A stretch of DNA of 64,000 bases, taken from an uncultured Eubacteriales bacterium. Lineage in GTDB: Bacteria; Bacillota; Clostridia; Oscillospirales; CAG-272. Positions 1 through 9,006 of this stretch are shown one piece after another. Numbering within the stretch: position 1 is the first letter of the stretch; every line of letters starts with the position of its first letter. The stretch lies in NCBI GenBank assembly GCA_934402395.1, contig CAKRTQ010000002.1, positions 79,372 to 143,371 on the forward strand, in the 5' to 3' direction. Below the pieces are notes generated by a model. That model did no database searches. It was not told the DNA's origin and worked only from the letters and a program-made list of their open reading frames with translations. The position numbers and the translations under genes are program-made.

Positions 1-698
1 CGGCGCATTCCACGATACCCACATTCTTCAAAGCGTTCGTCAAGGCAAACAACGTACTCATCCGGTAGCGAAAGACCGTGTTCATGCATAGTCGAAATAA
101 AGCTCGACATTCGCAAATCTGTATTATGCTCGCCGATAAATGCTATACGACGGTGTCCCAGCTCTATAAGATGATTCACCGCAAGCACGGCGCCCATTGT
201 ATGGTTTATACCTATGCTGTCGCAGAAGTCAATATTGTCTCCGGTACACACAAGCATGAACGGTGTACGCACATGCGTCACCAGACGACGTATATCGCGT
301 ATATGCGAACTGTTTTCGGTAAGCAAAAATATCCCCGAAACACCGTCCTGCAAAAAGAAATCCACTGCTTCAAGCTCACGGCGCTTATCAAAATCGGTAA
401 GGGTAATGACCGGGCGGTAACCATCGGCACGCATTTTTTCACAAAAAACATGCTGAATTTCGTTGTAATACTTGCTTGCAAGCTCCGGAAATATAACACC
501 TACCGTCTTCTGCGTAACATCGGCTGCGGCCGCCTGTGCCGCCTTGGAAGGTATCGGTACATTATAGCCGACCTGCTTCGCCAGTTCGCGAATGCGTATC
601 GTTGTCTGCTCGTTTATATCATTGCTGCCGCGAAGAGCCTTTGATACCGTTGAAACGTTTACACCCGCCAAAGCGGCTATATCCTTAAGTGTTGCCAT
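1..698 (-). CDS. LacI-family transcriptional regulator (3' end runs off the window start)
   Basis: Absent from the ORF track because it is open at the window edge. Hand translation of the minus strand from ATG at 698 gives MATLKDIAALAGVNVSTVSKALRGSNDINEQTTIRIRELAKQVGY..., a LacI/PurR-type HTH followed by sugar-binding-fold-like sequence. The frame is open to base 1. Confidence 0.8.
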   Translation of the reverse strand, partial: MATLKDIAALAGVNVSTVSKALRGSNDINEQTTIRIRELAKQVGYNVPIPSKAAQAAAADVTQKTVGVIFPELASKYYNEIQHVFCEKMRADGYRPVITLTDFDKRRELEAVDFFLQDGVSGIFLLTENSSHIRDIRRLVTHVRTPFMLVCTGDNIDFCDSIGINHTMGAVLAVNHLIELGHRRIAFIGEHNTDLRMSSFISTMHEHGLSLPDEYVVCLDERFEECGYRGMR

Positions 699-781
699 GG
701 TGTCCTCTTATTTTCGAAACTTTTTACTTATTATATCACAAAAAACATCGGTTGTCAAAAAGAAGAGCGCACCTTCCGCGT

Positions 782-1468
782 TTATTTTTCCTTTATAAGC
801 TCCAAAAGTGTGCGATCGCCGAAGGTATTCTTCCAGTCTATTGCAAAACCGATAATGGATGTATCGGTGGTCGTATGCTGAACGAGCTTTCTCATGACAT
901 CCGCGCTAACAGTTGCCGAGTCGGCACCCGCAAGAGCGCAATCAAGCACCTCGCGCGCGGTCTTAAAGCTGGCGGCAAGTATTTCGGTACTGCTTTCCGA
1001 TGCGGCAAGCAGCTCTGCGATCTCGGCAACTGTTCCGATGCCGTCGGCACCGATGTTCTCAAGGCGGCTGACATACGGTGCAACGTATGCCACTCCCGCT
1101 TCTGATGCAAGCAGTGCCTGATTGGCGCTGAGTACTGCTGTCATCGTTATACCTATGCCCTCCCCGGCTAGCTCGCGCGCTGCGCGAAGACCATCGTGTG
1201 TTGCGGGGATCTTTACAAATGTATTGTCACCGAGCAGGGCAACTATCGCATACGCCTCCTCAATCATCATATCCCACGCGGTCTCGGTAACCTGAACGTG
1301 GAGTTCTTTATCTTTTCCTATGATATCTCTGATCTTTTTAAGGTGAGCGACTATATCGCCACCCTCACGCGAAAGTATTGTGGGATTGGTGGTCACGCCG
1401 CAGACAGGAAAATAATCGTTGAAATATTTTATATCGGTAAGATTTGCGGTATCAAGAATGAGTCTCAT
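782..1468 (-). CDS. Fructose-6-phosphate aldolase / transaldolase, type 3B (FsaA/TalC family)
   Basis: 228 aa. Blocks LDTANL, GVTTNPTIL, VKIPAT, YVAPYVSRL and LAASFKT are collinear with E. coli FsaA-type proteins. Its start overlaps the upstream stop by 4 nt (ATGA). Confidence 0.85.
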   Translation of the reverse strand: MRLILDTANLTDIKYFNDYFPVCGVTTNPTILSREGGDIVAHLKKIRDIIGKDKELHVQVTETAWDMMIEEAYAIVALLGDNTFVKIPATHDGLRAARELAGEGIGITMTAVLSANQALLASEAGVAYVAPYVSRLENIGADGIGTVAEIAELLAASESSTEILAASFKTAREVLDCALAGADSATVSADVMRKLVQHTTTDTSIIGFAIDWKNTFGDRTLLELIKEK

Positions 1469-2097
1469 TTCGATTCCCTTCCTTTGAGCTGAAGATCATA
1501 ATGGATGTCGTAAGCTTTTTCCTCATCCGTGAACTTGTGCAAGGTATTTATGACTTCCCCATTCTTCCACTTGCGGTCACCCACATCCTCAGTCGTACCC
1601 ATTACCGTCACATTGAGCTGACGGCGGCGTGCACGGACCTGATCCCAGTCGATAAAGTAAACGTGTGCAAATTCTCCGCCGTCAAGAACGCCGTCCTTTA
1701 TGGTCATGGTCTCGCTCCTACCGAAAAATACCGAGCGGAGGTGCCCGTCGGTGTTCATGCTCGTGAAATCGCCGGGCTCGTCAACGTATCTGCCGAACTG
1801 AGAATGAATCGGACCGGGATGGCGGTACTGATGCTCCTCACGGAAGTCCGGCACGAGCCTGCGCATGATATCAAGTAGGTCATGCTGAAGGTATTCGAGA
1901 TCAAAACTGTCGATATCGTGAGAGCACTCCTGCACCATGACCGAGCAGGTGGTGTGGTGAGAAGCTATGCAGACAGTGCCATTCTTCACCCCGGACTGCT
2001 CTACGATCTCGCGGATCTCCTTTGACACATCGTGAAAGGTGGGTACCCACCCGCGCGACTGAAGCTCAAGCTCCTTCTGATATACTTTGAATTCCAT
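1465..2097 (-). CDS. YjbQ/UPF0047-family protein, long form
   Basis: 210 aa. SHHTTCSVMVQE ... YRHPG ... GHLRSVFFGRSETMTIKDGVL resembles the YjbQ signature (HTTaal..nE ... aHlks). It is longer than the roughly 140 aa I expect for this family. Confidence 0.6.
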   Translation of the reverse strand: MEFKVYQKELELQSRGWVPTFHDVSKEIREIVEQSGVKNGTVCIASHHTTCSVMVQECSHDIDSFDLEYLQHDLLDIMRRLVPDFREEHQYRHPGPIHSQFGRYVDEPGDFTSMNTDGHLRSVFFGRSETMTIKDGVLDGGEFAHVYFIDWDQVRARRRQLNVTVMGTTEDVGDRKWKNGEVINTLHKFTDEEKAYDIHYDLQLKGRESK

Positions 2098-2133
2098 TAT
2101 TTTATTTTTCCTTTCCTGTGCCTTCCGGCGAAT

Positions 2134-2736
2134 TTATTTACTGTTAAGACGTTTGCCCACCGCACCGTTGGGGTGTATTATGGCAAATTCGCGGCTGCTG
2201 TAATCAAGCCGTTCGATAAGCGCTGACGAAAGTGCGTCAAAGACCGCCGAGGTGACGGCAAAACTCGTCGTTCCCTGACAGTTGTCACGGTCGCATTCGC
2301 GCGTGACAGCAATCCTGAGGATGATGTCCGAGAGTCTGCCGAGTGTTGAGTCTGGCTTTTCGGTCACAAGAATAACAGACGCGCCCTTGGCGCGGCATAT
2401 TTGGGCTATCGGCACAAGCTCATCGGTTTCACCGCCGCGCGATGCAAGCATCATTACGTCTCCGGAACAGATATATCCCAATCCGCCATGAACAGCCTCG
2501 GACGGAGCCAGAAAACGCGCAGGGCGTTCTATGCAGCAGCAGAGATGCGCAAAGTGGCGGCAGGCTATGCCTGAGTGACCGCACCCGGACGCCGCAATAC
2601 GTTCGGCAGAAGCAAGCACCGAAACTGCCTTTTCGAATTCATCGCGATCGAGCACCCCGGCGGTCGCACGCAGCGACTCCGCCTCAGTCTCAAATGCGGC
2701 GTATGCCGCGTCAAGCATTTTATCAGTTCCGCTCAT
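2134..2736 (-). CDS. SIS-domain sugar-phosphate isomerase (6-phospho-3-hexuloisomerase-like)
   Basis: SIS-like SGCGHSG and LASRGGETDE blocks. I prefer the start at 2736 (MSGTDKML), which forms an ATGA overlap with the upstream stop at 2733. The ORF track's start is at 2757. Confidence 0.65.
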   Translation of the reverse strand: MSGTDKMLDAAYAAFETEAESLRATAGVLDRDEFEKAVSVLASAERIAASGCGHSGIACRHFAHLCCCIERPARFLAPSEAVHGGLGYICSGDVMMLASRGGETDELVPIAQICRAKGASVILVTEKPDSTLGRLSDIILRIAVTRECDRDNCQGTTSFAVTSAVFDALSSALIERLDYSSREFAIIHPNGAVGKRLNSK

Positions 2737-3437
2737 TCCGCGTGCACCTCGTCCCATACACTCCTGAGCGTTGACAGCATCGCGCGTGCCGCCGCCTCGG
2801 GATCCTTCGCCTTCATGACTCCGCTCGTACAGCCGGTCGCAAGAGCGCCTGCGCGAATGACGTTCGCAACATCGTCTGGCTTGGATATTCCCGCCCCCTG
2901 AAGCACCATAATGCCCGGGTCGATGCGGCGCACAGCTTCGATGGTATCCTTAACATAGCCCATATCGCTCGCAACACCGGTACCGATAAGTTCTGTCGGC
3001 TCGGCAACGATAAGATTTGGAGACAGCTTTGCCACCGCTTCGATCTCGGCAACACTGTCGGCACATACGATAGTAGCAAGTCCCACATCATCGGCACGTG
3101 CAATGGTCTTTTCTATCTCTCCGAGCGTCAGCTTTTTCTCAGCATGGTTGAGCATAACGCCGACAGCTCCCGCATCCTTCACAGCTTCGGGCAGGACCGA
3201 ACCGAGCCCGCGCCCAGGCGTGAGACTGTCCATATGCTGCGCGTATACGTGAATGTGTTTGGTGTTCTCAGCGATCATACGTATATCGGCATACTGCGGA
3301 GTGACGATCACGTCAAGGTCGAATTCTTCCGCAATGCGGTCAATCTCAAGAGCCAACCGAAGCATACGCTCGCCCCACATAAAGCACTTGGGACCTATCT
3401 CAAAAAACGGAGCCCTTATTTTGTACTTTTTATACAT
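2733..3437 (-). CDS. Triose-phosphate-isomerase-family (short archaeal-type TIM-like) isomerase
   Basis: 234 aa. The sequence has an alternating beta/alpha pattern. The blocks IVTPQYADI, GVMLNHAEKK, ELIGTG and QGAGIS resemble short TIM-family proteins. Substrate unknown. Confidence 0.55.
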   Translation of the reverse strand: MYKKYKIRAPFFEIGPKCFMWGERMLRLALEIDRIAEEFDLDVIVTPQYADIRMIAENTKHIHVYAQHMDSLTPGRGLGSVLPEAVKDAGAVGVMLNHAEKKLTLGEIEKTIARADDVGLATIVCADSVAEIEAVAKLSPNLIVAEPTELIGTGVASDMGYVKDTIEAVRRIDPGIMVLQGAGISKPDDVANVIRAGALATGCTSGVMKAKDPEAAARAMLSTLRSVWDEVHAE

Positions 3438-3449
3438 TTGTTTTCCGCC

Positions 3450-4802
3450 TTACATTTCAAAAACTTCTATATCGAGTATGCGACAGAGATCACGTATCGC
3501 GGCACGATTATCACCAAAAGTTATAATATAATGCTGGCAGGCAACGTGATCGGCAAAATTCGGAACGTCGCAAAGCTCTATTTCAAGCGCCGAAAGCTGC
3601 GGCGCCGGCTGCGCCCAGCCGCATTCCTCCCACTTGGGCGGTTTTTTACCCTCGCCGAGCAACATATGCATCACATATTTTCCGTTTGAATACACAAGCC
3701 GCGACATGGTGAGTGTTCCAGTCTTTACGGGAGAAACATTGAGAATGCCCTCGCTCAGCAGTCCGAACGCCGCCGGAAGAACAGTGTATGTATCACCGTC
3801 TACCATATCGGCGGCAATGAAATCCGGAACGCCCGCAAGTACACTGTGTTCAAAGAATTCATAAAATTCAAGATACCCTGCCCGCTGTCCTGTCAACTTG
3901 TGCATCATAAGCTGAGTGACAGCCCCCAGAGAGTCGTTTTCGGGTATCGTTGTATAGCCATCCTCGGACAACAGCATGAATATCGGCGCAGGCGGAAAGC
4001 CGCACAACTTTTTCATTCCGTCAACATCCTTCAACGAGATCGAATGATAGTTTTTCTCTTTTGCAATTGATGCCGCAGCAAGGTAATATCCCGCCGCCTT
4101 TCTCATCGTCTCAGGGTTCGCTGGCTTTAGAAAATGCCACTTTTTTATACGTTTTTCGACCACAGCGTCAACTTCCGCGGCATTAAGCGCACGGTATCTT
4201 TCTTCAAGTTCAAGAAGCTCAAATGTCTCGATCTCAACACCAGTCTGCCTTTTAAGGGAAAGACCGTCGTAGAGCGTGCCGTAGAGATTCATATCGCGGT
4301 ATCCCGCCATGCCTACCTTTTCGGAAAGAAGCTCCCCGACAACGACAGCGGCGCGGCAGAAGGACGCGACCTCTGCGGAACGTGTTTTCATGCCTATTAT
4401 ATCGTAAACGTATCTGAAACGATAGCCGAGCCCCTCAAACGTTGCGCGAAGACCAGCTGTACCCGCCTGATCCGCAGTAGTGACGAGCCTGCCGTCCTCA
4501 TACCAGCCGCAAAGCCCCCAAAGCACCATCGGAAGCTCACGATAATGCTCGGTGATCTTCACAACTGCATGGGTGGGTATCCACCCCGCAACGCAAAGCA
4601 CAAGTGCGTCAAAACGCTCCTTCCCGAGAGCCTCAAGTGCCTCGCCGATCTGTTTTTCCTCCGGGTCATCGGCAACAGGGTAGACTTTTACAAGCTCAAG
4701 CCCCTCGCCCTCAAGCGCTGCCGCTGCCGCAGCGCACTTTCTTATAACAACATCGACCGGAGTATTTATTTCTCCGAATCCCACGAATCCGATCCTGCTC
4801 AT
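3450..4802 (-). CDS. L-fucose/L-arabinose isomerase-family aldose-ketose isomerase
   Basis: 450 aa. The N-terminal MSRIGFVGFGEINTP, the size and the context next to an FGGY kinase all fit a FucI/AraA-like family protein (COG2407-type). Assignment is by resemblance only. Confidence 0.5.
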   Translation of the reverse strand: MSRIGFVGFGEINTPVDVVIRKCAAAAAALEGEGLELVKVYPVADDPEEKQIGEALEALGKERFDALVLCVAGWIPTHAVVKITEHYRELPMVLWGLCGWYEDGRLVTTADQAGTAGLRATFEGLGYRFRYVYDIIGMKTRSAEVASFCRAAVVVGELLSEKVGMAGYRDMNLYGTLYDGLSLKRQTGVEIETFELLELEERYRALNAAEVDAVVEKRIKKWHFLKPANPETMRKAAGYYLAAASIAKEKNYHSISLKDVDGMKKLCGFPPAPIFMLLSEDGYTTIPENDSLGAVTQLMMHKLTGQRAGYLEFYEFFEHSVLAGVPDFIAADMVDGDTYTVLPAAFGLLSEGILNVSPVKTGTLTMSRLVYSNGKYVMHMLLGEGKKPPKWEECGWAQPAPQLSALEIELCDVPNFADHVACQHYIITFGDNRAAIRDLCRILDIEVFEM

Positions 4803-4820
4803 TTTTGTACCTTCCCTTGA

Positions 4821-6245
4821 TTATTTGTTGATAACACCGTCAAGCTCACAAAAACGGCGGTAAGCCGCCGAATAATCCGCGCCGGACGGGGAATACTTCC
4901 CTTTTATTTTCACTGCAGCGCGTGATGCCTCCGCCGCATTTTTGTAAAGCCCTATACCCACGGCGGCAAGCAATGCCGAACCGAGGCACGCGGTCTCCGA
5001 TTCCTCAAGCGTGCAAAGCTCTTTGCCGGTCACATCCGCCTTTATCTGAACCCACAGCCGGCTGGAAGCACCGCCGCCGGTTATGCGGATACCGTCTGCA
5101 TCTATATTCACGTATTCAAGCTCTTCGCGCAGCGTGAAAGCGACCGCCTCCATTATAGCGCGTGCAAAATGCGCCCTTGTGTGCGCAAGGCGGACGCCCG
5201 AAAATTCGGCTCCTACCAACGGATTATACTTCGGCATAGACGATCCGCAGAAATACGGCAGCACGGTAAGCCCGTCACACCCCGGCGCGACCTTTTCGGC
5301 TTCCGCGTCAAGCTCACGGAACGAAAGCTCTTTTGCAAAGTTGTTTCGGAACCACTTGAGTGACATTCCTGCAGTCGCCAACCAGAGAAGCAGGCAGTAC
5401 TTTCCGTCTGTGTGCAGGTGACAAGGAACTATGCTGTCCGTTCTGTACGGCGGGATGCTGTCCGTGACCGCGCACACGGCGAGTGCCGTGCCGGTCATCT
5501 CACTTACCTCACCGGTGTCGGTGACACCAACGCCGACCGCACCTGCGATCTGGTCGAGCGCACCGCACACAACAGATATGCCGTCGTATTTTCCCACCTT
5601 CTCCGCAGTGCGCAGCACACGCGGGAGTTTTTTTTCATCGGCACCGATAAAGTCAAGCATTTCACGCCAGAAACAACGCTCTCTTATATCAAAATAAACC
5701 GAGGACGACTGTATTGTCGGCTCGGTGACAAATTCACCGGTAAGTCTGAAGAGTATAAAGTCTTCAAGAAGGAATATCTTTTCGGTTTTTGCCCACACAT
5801 CGGGGCGGTTATACCTGAACCACAGCAACTTTGATGCGGGCCATGACGCCGTTATCTCGGGCTGTCCCGTGACCTCATAGACCGTTTTTTTGCCGAAGTG
5901 GGCTTCTATCTGCGCCGCCTCGTCCGCAGCACGGTTATCGAGCCATACAACGGCGGGATAAAGCGGTCTCCCCGCTCCGTCGGCAAGTATCAGAGTCTCG
6001 CCCTGAGTATCCACTGCAAGCGCGTGCGGCTTGCCACATTCGCGCGACAGCTCGTCTATTGCCTCGCGGCACATTTCAATGTATTTTTCGGGATCGAATT
6101 CGACATATCCCGTCAATGGGTCGGTGTCGAGCACATAGTCCTTGGTCACAACGCCGAGGCGTTTGCCGCTGCCGTCAAACACGGCAGCCTTGAGTGAGGT
6201 CGTACCTATGTCGATCCCCATAAGTCTGTATTCAACCAAATTCAT
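4821..6245 (-). CDS. FGGY-family carbohydrate kinase (xylulokinase-like)
   Basis: 474 aa. It has the N-terminal GIDIGTTSLKAAVFD phosphate-1 motif and GGGASSRLWVQIKADV near the C-terminus. The start could instead be the internal MGIDIG. Confidence 0.85.
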   Translation of the reverse strand: MNLVEYRLMGIDIGTTSLKAAVFDGSGKRLGVVTKDYVLDTDPLTGYVEFDPEKYIEMCREAIDELSRECGKPHALAVDTQGETLILADGAGRPLYPAVVWLDNRAADEAAQIEAHFGKKTVYEVTGQPEITASWPASKLLWFRYNRPDVWAKTEKIFLLEDFILFRLTGEFVTEPTIQSSSVYFDIRERCFWREMLDFIGADEKKLPRVLRTAEKVGKYDGISVVCGALDQIAGAVGVGVTDTGEVSEMTGTALAVCAVTDSIPPYRTDSIVPCHLHTDGKYCLLLWLATAGMSLKWFRNNFAKELSFRELDAEAEKVAPGCDGLTVLPYFCGSSMPKYNPLVGAEFSGVRLAHTRAHFARAIMEAVAFTLREELEYVNIDADGIRITGGGASSRLWVQIKADVTGKELCTLEESETACLGSALLAAVGIGLYKNAAEASRAAVKIKGKYSPSGADYSAAYRRFCELDGVINK

Positions 6246-6263
6246 TTTTACATAATTACACCG

Positions 6264-6296
6264 GGGGCTGAAAAAACATTGCGTTTTTACAGCCCC
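6264..6296 (-). terminator. Hairpin downstream of the CBM9-like gene
   Basis: ggggctg ... cagcccc stem with an internal aaaaa/ttttt extension. It has no clean U-run, so it may only attenuate read-through into the sugar operon. Confidence 0.35.
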
Positions 6297-6310
6297 GCAT
6301 TTTGCGACCG

Positions 6311-7324
6311 TTAGTCGGTTACTTTTCTTTTAAGGACGACCGCTGAGGCAGACACCGCAAAAATTACTGCCGCAAGTGCAGCAAAAATGACAATGTTGCC
6401 ATTATCACCGGTACTGGGCGAAGGTGCTTCAGTGCCGGGAGCTTCGGTCACGGGCGCTTCGGTCACAGGTGCCTCGGTTACAGGTGCCTCGGTTACAGGT
6501 GCCTCGGTTACAGGTGCCTCGGTTACAGGTGCCTCGGTTACGACAGAAGCGTCAGGGTTGGTAGCAACGAGCTGGATCGTTCCCTTAAGCGAATTGTTTT
6601 TATAGGAGTTGATATCACTCCACATAAGACCTATATCACGTGTGCTGGAAATACCGGCAATATTGTCATTGACATAAAGGTCAAAACCGATGCAGGTATC
6701 AAAATCCATCTTTATGTCGGCATATCTCTGTGAGAGGTCAAACGCGATCTCGATAAGATAGCCCTTCTCGGTAACCTTGGTGCGGAAGTTCTTGAATGTA
6801 TCGCGGGGAATGTTGTTGAAGTTAGCGGTACCGTCATTCTTTACGTACTCACCGCCGCCGATGGCGCGGCAACTGAGTATGAGCCATAAGGAAGGATCCA
6901 CCTGACCGTTGGTTTCGGAGCGGTCATAGTCCGGGGTGAGCGTGAATCCGAGCGAATTGCGCTGCCAGAGGCTTCCCGCGCCGACGCTGGAAAGCTCCCA
7001 TGCCTCGTCTCCGAGCGTGGAGTCGGTTACTTCGACAAGGAGGTAGAGGTTCTTTTCGTCCCACATTGCGCGGAACTGTGCCTCGGTACCGTTAGTGGGG
7101 TTTTCGGGATCCGGACCATTGGTCGCAAAGGTCTTGGTGAGCTTGTTGATGGGAGCATTGTCCCATACGGCGTCTATCTCGCCGTCGATTTCGGGAGTAC
7201 CGTAGATGGCATAAGCGAGCGGGAAATTCTTATCCGGCTCAGCGGCAGCCGCAGGCAGAAGCGCAGCGGCGCAAAGTGTGGCGGCAAGGAGTGCCGCAAG
7301 GATCAGGGATAACGTTTTTTTCAT
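6311..7324 (-). CDS. Secreted, probably sortase-anchored CBM9-like carbohydrate-binding protein
   Basis: The N-terminus MKKTLSLILAALLAATLCAAALLPAAAA is a signal peptide. EIDGEIDAVWDNAP ... FRAMWDEKNLYLLVEVTD is a CBM9-like signature. A (VTEAP)x7 linker follows. The C-terminus SPSTGDNG plus a hydrophobic stretch plus KRK reads as a cell-wall sorting signal. Confidence 0.75.
   Translation of the reverse strand: MKKTLSLILAALLAATLCAAALLPAAAAEPDKNFPLAYAIYGTPEIDGEIDAVWDNAPINKLTKTFATNGPDPENPTNGTEAQFRAMWDEKNLYLLVEVTDSTLGDEAWELSSVGAGSLWQRNSLGFTLTPDYDRSETNGQVDPSLWLILSCRAIGGGEYVKNDGTANFNNIPRDTFKNFRTKVTEKGYLIEIAFDLSQRYADIKMDFDTCIGFDLYVNDNIAGISSTRDIGLMWSDINSYKNNSLKGTIQLVATNPDASVVTEAPVTEAPVTEAPVTEAPVTEAPVTEAPVTEAPGTEAPSPSTGDNGNIVIFAALAAVIFAVSASAVVLKRKVTD
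6436..6542. repeat. 15-bp tandem repeat (ggtgcctcggttaca-type, about 7 units, the central copies identical)
   Basis: Direct reading of 6436-6542. It encodes VTEAP x7 plus GTEAP in the minus-strand CDS. Confidence 0.95.
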
Positions 7325-7352
7325 GATTTTTGTCGGTTCCTTTCATTGGTTT

Positions 7353-8990
7353 TTATAACTTTACCGTTGGCGGACAGACACAACGGAGAGTTTCGTTATT
7401 GGTGTGGTAGATCGCGCGAAGCTCATTCATGGCTTCAACACAGCGATCCGAACGTGTGGGATCGAAATCGCAACCTATAAGCTCGTGATCGATGACGGCG
7501 CGCAGGTACATCATTCTCCACTTTTTGGTCGTGCGGATATTTTCGGGCAGCCTGCAGTCGTAAGTCGAAAGTGTTTCATAAACGTATTCGATGTCCGAAG
7601 TATCCGATATCGGGAATCGCCACGATTTGCGATCGGTACCGCGCGTAAGTCCCGTTTCGCTTCGCTCGATGGCATCCACAAGCGCAGTATCATCACAGCA
7701 GAACTCAAATTTCGCATATCTGCGCACGGCATCGTGTGAAATAAGCGTCTCGCCGCTGTAATAGGAGAGCATTATGTACTTGTTTATATCCTCAAATATA
7801 CCCTCGGAATAAGGATAACCGCCATTATAAAGATATCCGCTGCCCATATTGGTGCGGTCAAGGAAGCGGCATAGCGGATTGGCTCCGAATCCGCCCCACG
7901 GGCGGCATCCGTGCATGCTTATTTCGGGGAAATCAATGAATTTCACGCCCTTGGGTATTCCGTCGCGCTTTATGCACTCGGGAAGCACGCCGCCGTGGAA
8001 GAAGGACATAATATACTCGAATCCCGTGACCTCACCTGCGGTGAGCTTTTTCCAGAATGCATCCCATTCGCCGGGTACGAAGCGGTCAAAATACCATGTC
8101 GAAAGAATTATCTTAGCGCCGGGCAAAACCTCGTTTGCCAGCTTTACGAACTCCGGCAGTATGCGAAGGTACCCGTTTGCTCCCCACGGAGCACAGTCGG
8201 GGCAGGTGCAGCCTCCCTGATCGTATGGCCAGTAGCACAGATAGTCCGGCTGTACGTCGGCAAACGCCTCGAATACTTCTCTTCTCTCGCGGAGGATCTC
8301 CTCCATGCCGCCGGGCTTTGAGGGGCATATCTCGCGGTTGTATATGCCATCCGGCTTCGTATGATATCCGTTTTCGACAAGGAATGTCGCGCGCAGCTCG
8401 ACGGGCGATGAATCAAAGCCCTCGTTTGAGAGCATGGTCATCGATGCCTTCATGCCTATCTGCTTTGCATATCTCATGAATGCCTTGAGGCGGGTGATAA
8501 GCTCTACTGACTCGGGCTGATCCACCGATCTGAAGTGGTGCATATCGTACCATACGAGCAGCGCGTTACAGCCGCGCAGCGCAAGGTCCTCAATGACCTC
8601 AAAAACCTCCTCTACCGGCGCGTTGTGATAGAAATTGTGGAAATGCGTTGCAAAATACATACCGCGCAGAGGCTTTGCGGGAGTATGATCCACCTTTTTT
8701 GATGAGGGAATGAAGCCGCCATCACCATCGAAGCGCGAATCGACCAGGTAACGTCCGATGGCGGCGTGAAGGGCGCAATCGTTGGCGGCGGTAAAGGCAA
8801 CGGTGTTGCCGTCGGGAACGACAGTGTACCTATCGTTTTCAAATGCTGCATCCACCGCAATAGTAAATGTGTAATCTGCATTGTCTCCGAGACGGCAGCA
8901 ACGCTCGCCGAGCCGACGCTCGAGCGCGTGCGAAAGAATGCCGAAGCTCTCTTTCCCCATTGATATATTTTCAAGTCTGAATGTTGTCAT
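7353..8990 (-). CDS. Putative glycoside hydrolase-like enzyme, family unassigned, paralogue A (CxCxxC motif)
   Basis: The start is trimmed to MTTFRLENI at 8990, which has the SD ggagaaaacaATG. It is collinear with the adjacent paralogue: RGMYFATHF, EICPSKPGGMEEI, YWPYDQGGCTCPDCAPWG, ILSTWYFDR, IDFPEISMHGCRPWGGFGANPL, GGYPYSEG. No signal peptide. Confidence 0.45.
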   Translation of the reverse strand: MTTFRLENISMGKESFGILSHALERRLGERCCRLGDNADYTFTIAVDAAFENDRYTVVPDGNTVAFTAANDCALHAAIGRYLVDSRFDGDGGFIPSSKKVDHTPAKPLRGMYFATHFHNFYHNAPVEEVFEVIEDLALRGCNALLVWYDMHHFRSVDQPESVELITRLKAFMRYAKQIGMKASMTMLSNEGFDSSPVELRATFLVENGYHTKPDGIYNREICPSKPGGMEEILRERREVFEAFADVQPDYLCYWPYDQGGCTCPDCAPWGANGYLRILPEFVKLANEVLPGAKIILSTWYFDRFVPGEWDAFWKKLTAGEVTGFEYIMSFFHGGVLPECIKRDGIPKGVKFIDFPEISMHGCRPWGGFGANPLCRFLDRTNMGSGYLYNGGYPYSEGIFEDINKYIMLSYYSGETLISHDAVRRYAKFEFCCDDTALVDAIERSETGLTRGTDRKSWRFPISDTSDIEYVYETLSTYDCRLPENIRTTKKWRMMYLRAVIDHELIGCDFDPTRSDRCVEAMNELRAIYHTNNETLRCVCPPTVKL

Positions 8991-9006
8991 TGTTTTCTCC
9001 TTATTA

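Noticed and set aside
78-644. 188-aa plus-strand ORF at the window start.
   Set aside because: The opposite strand encodes a clear LacI-family regulator that stays open to the window edge. The plus-strand product has no family resemblance.
6271-6287. aaaaacattgcgttttt upstream of the sugar operon, considered as a LacI-type operator.
   Set aside because: The centre (cattgcg) is not palindromic and does not match the usual TG-N-AA-N-CG-N-TT-N-CA layout. It is better explained as part of the terminator hairpin.
6436-6542. A regular 15-bp repeat array, checked as a possible CRISPR or other non-coding array.
   Set aside because: The units are contiguous with no spacers. They are in frame within a CDS and encode the VTEAP linker.
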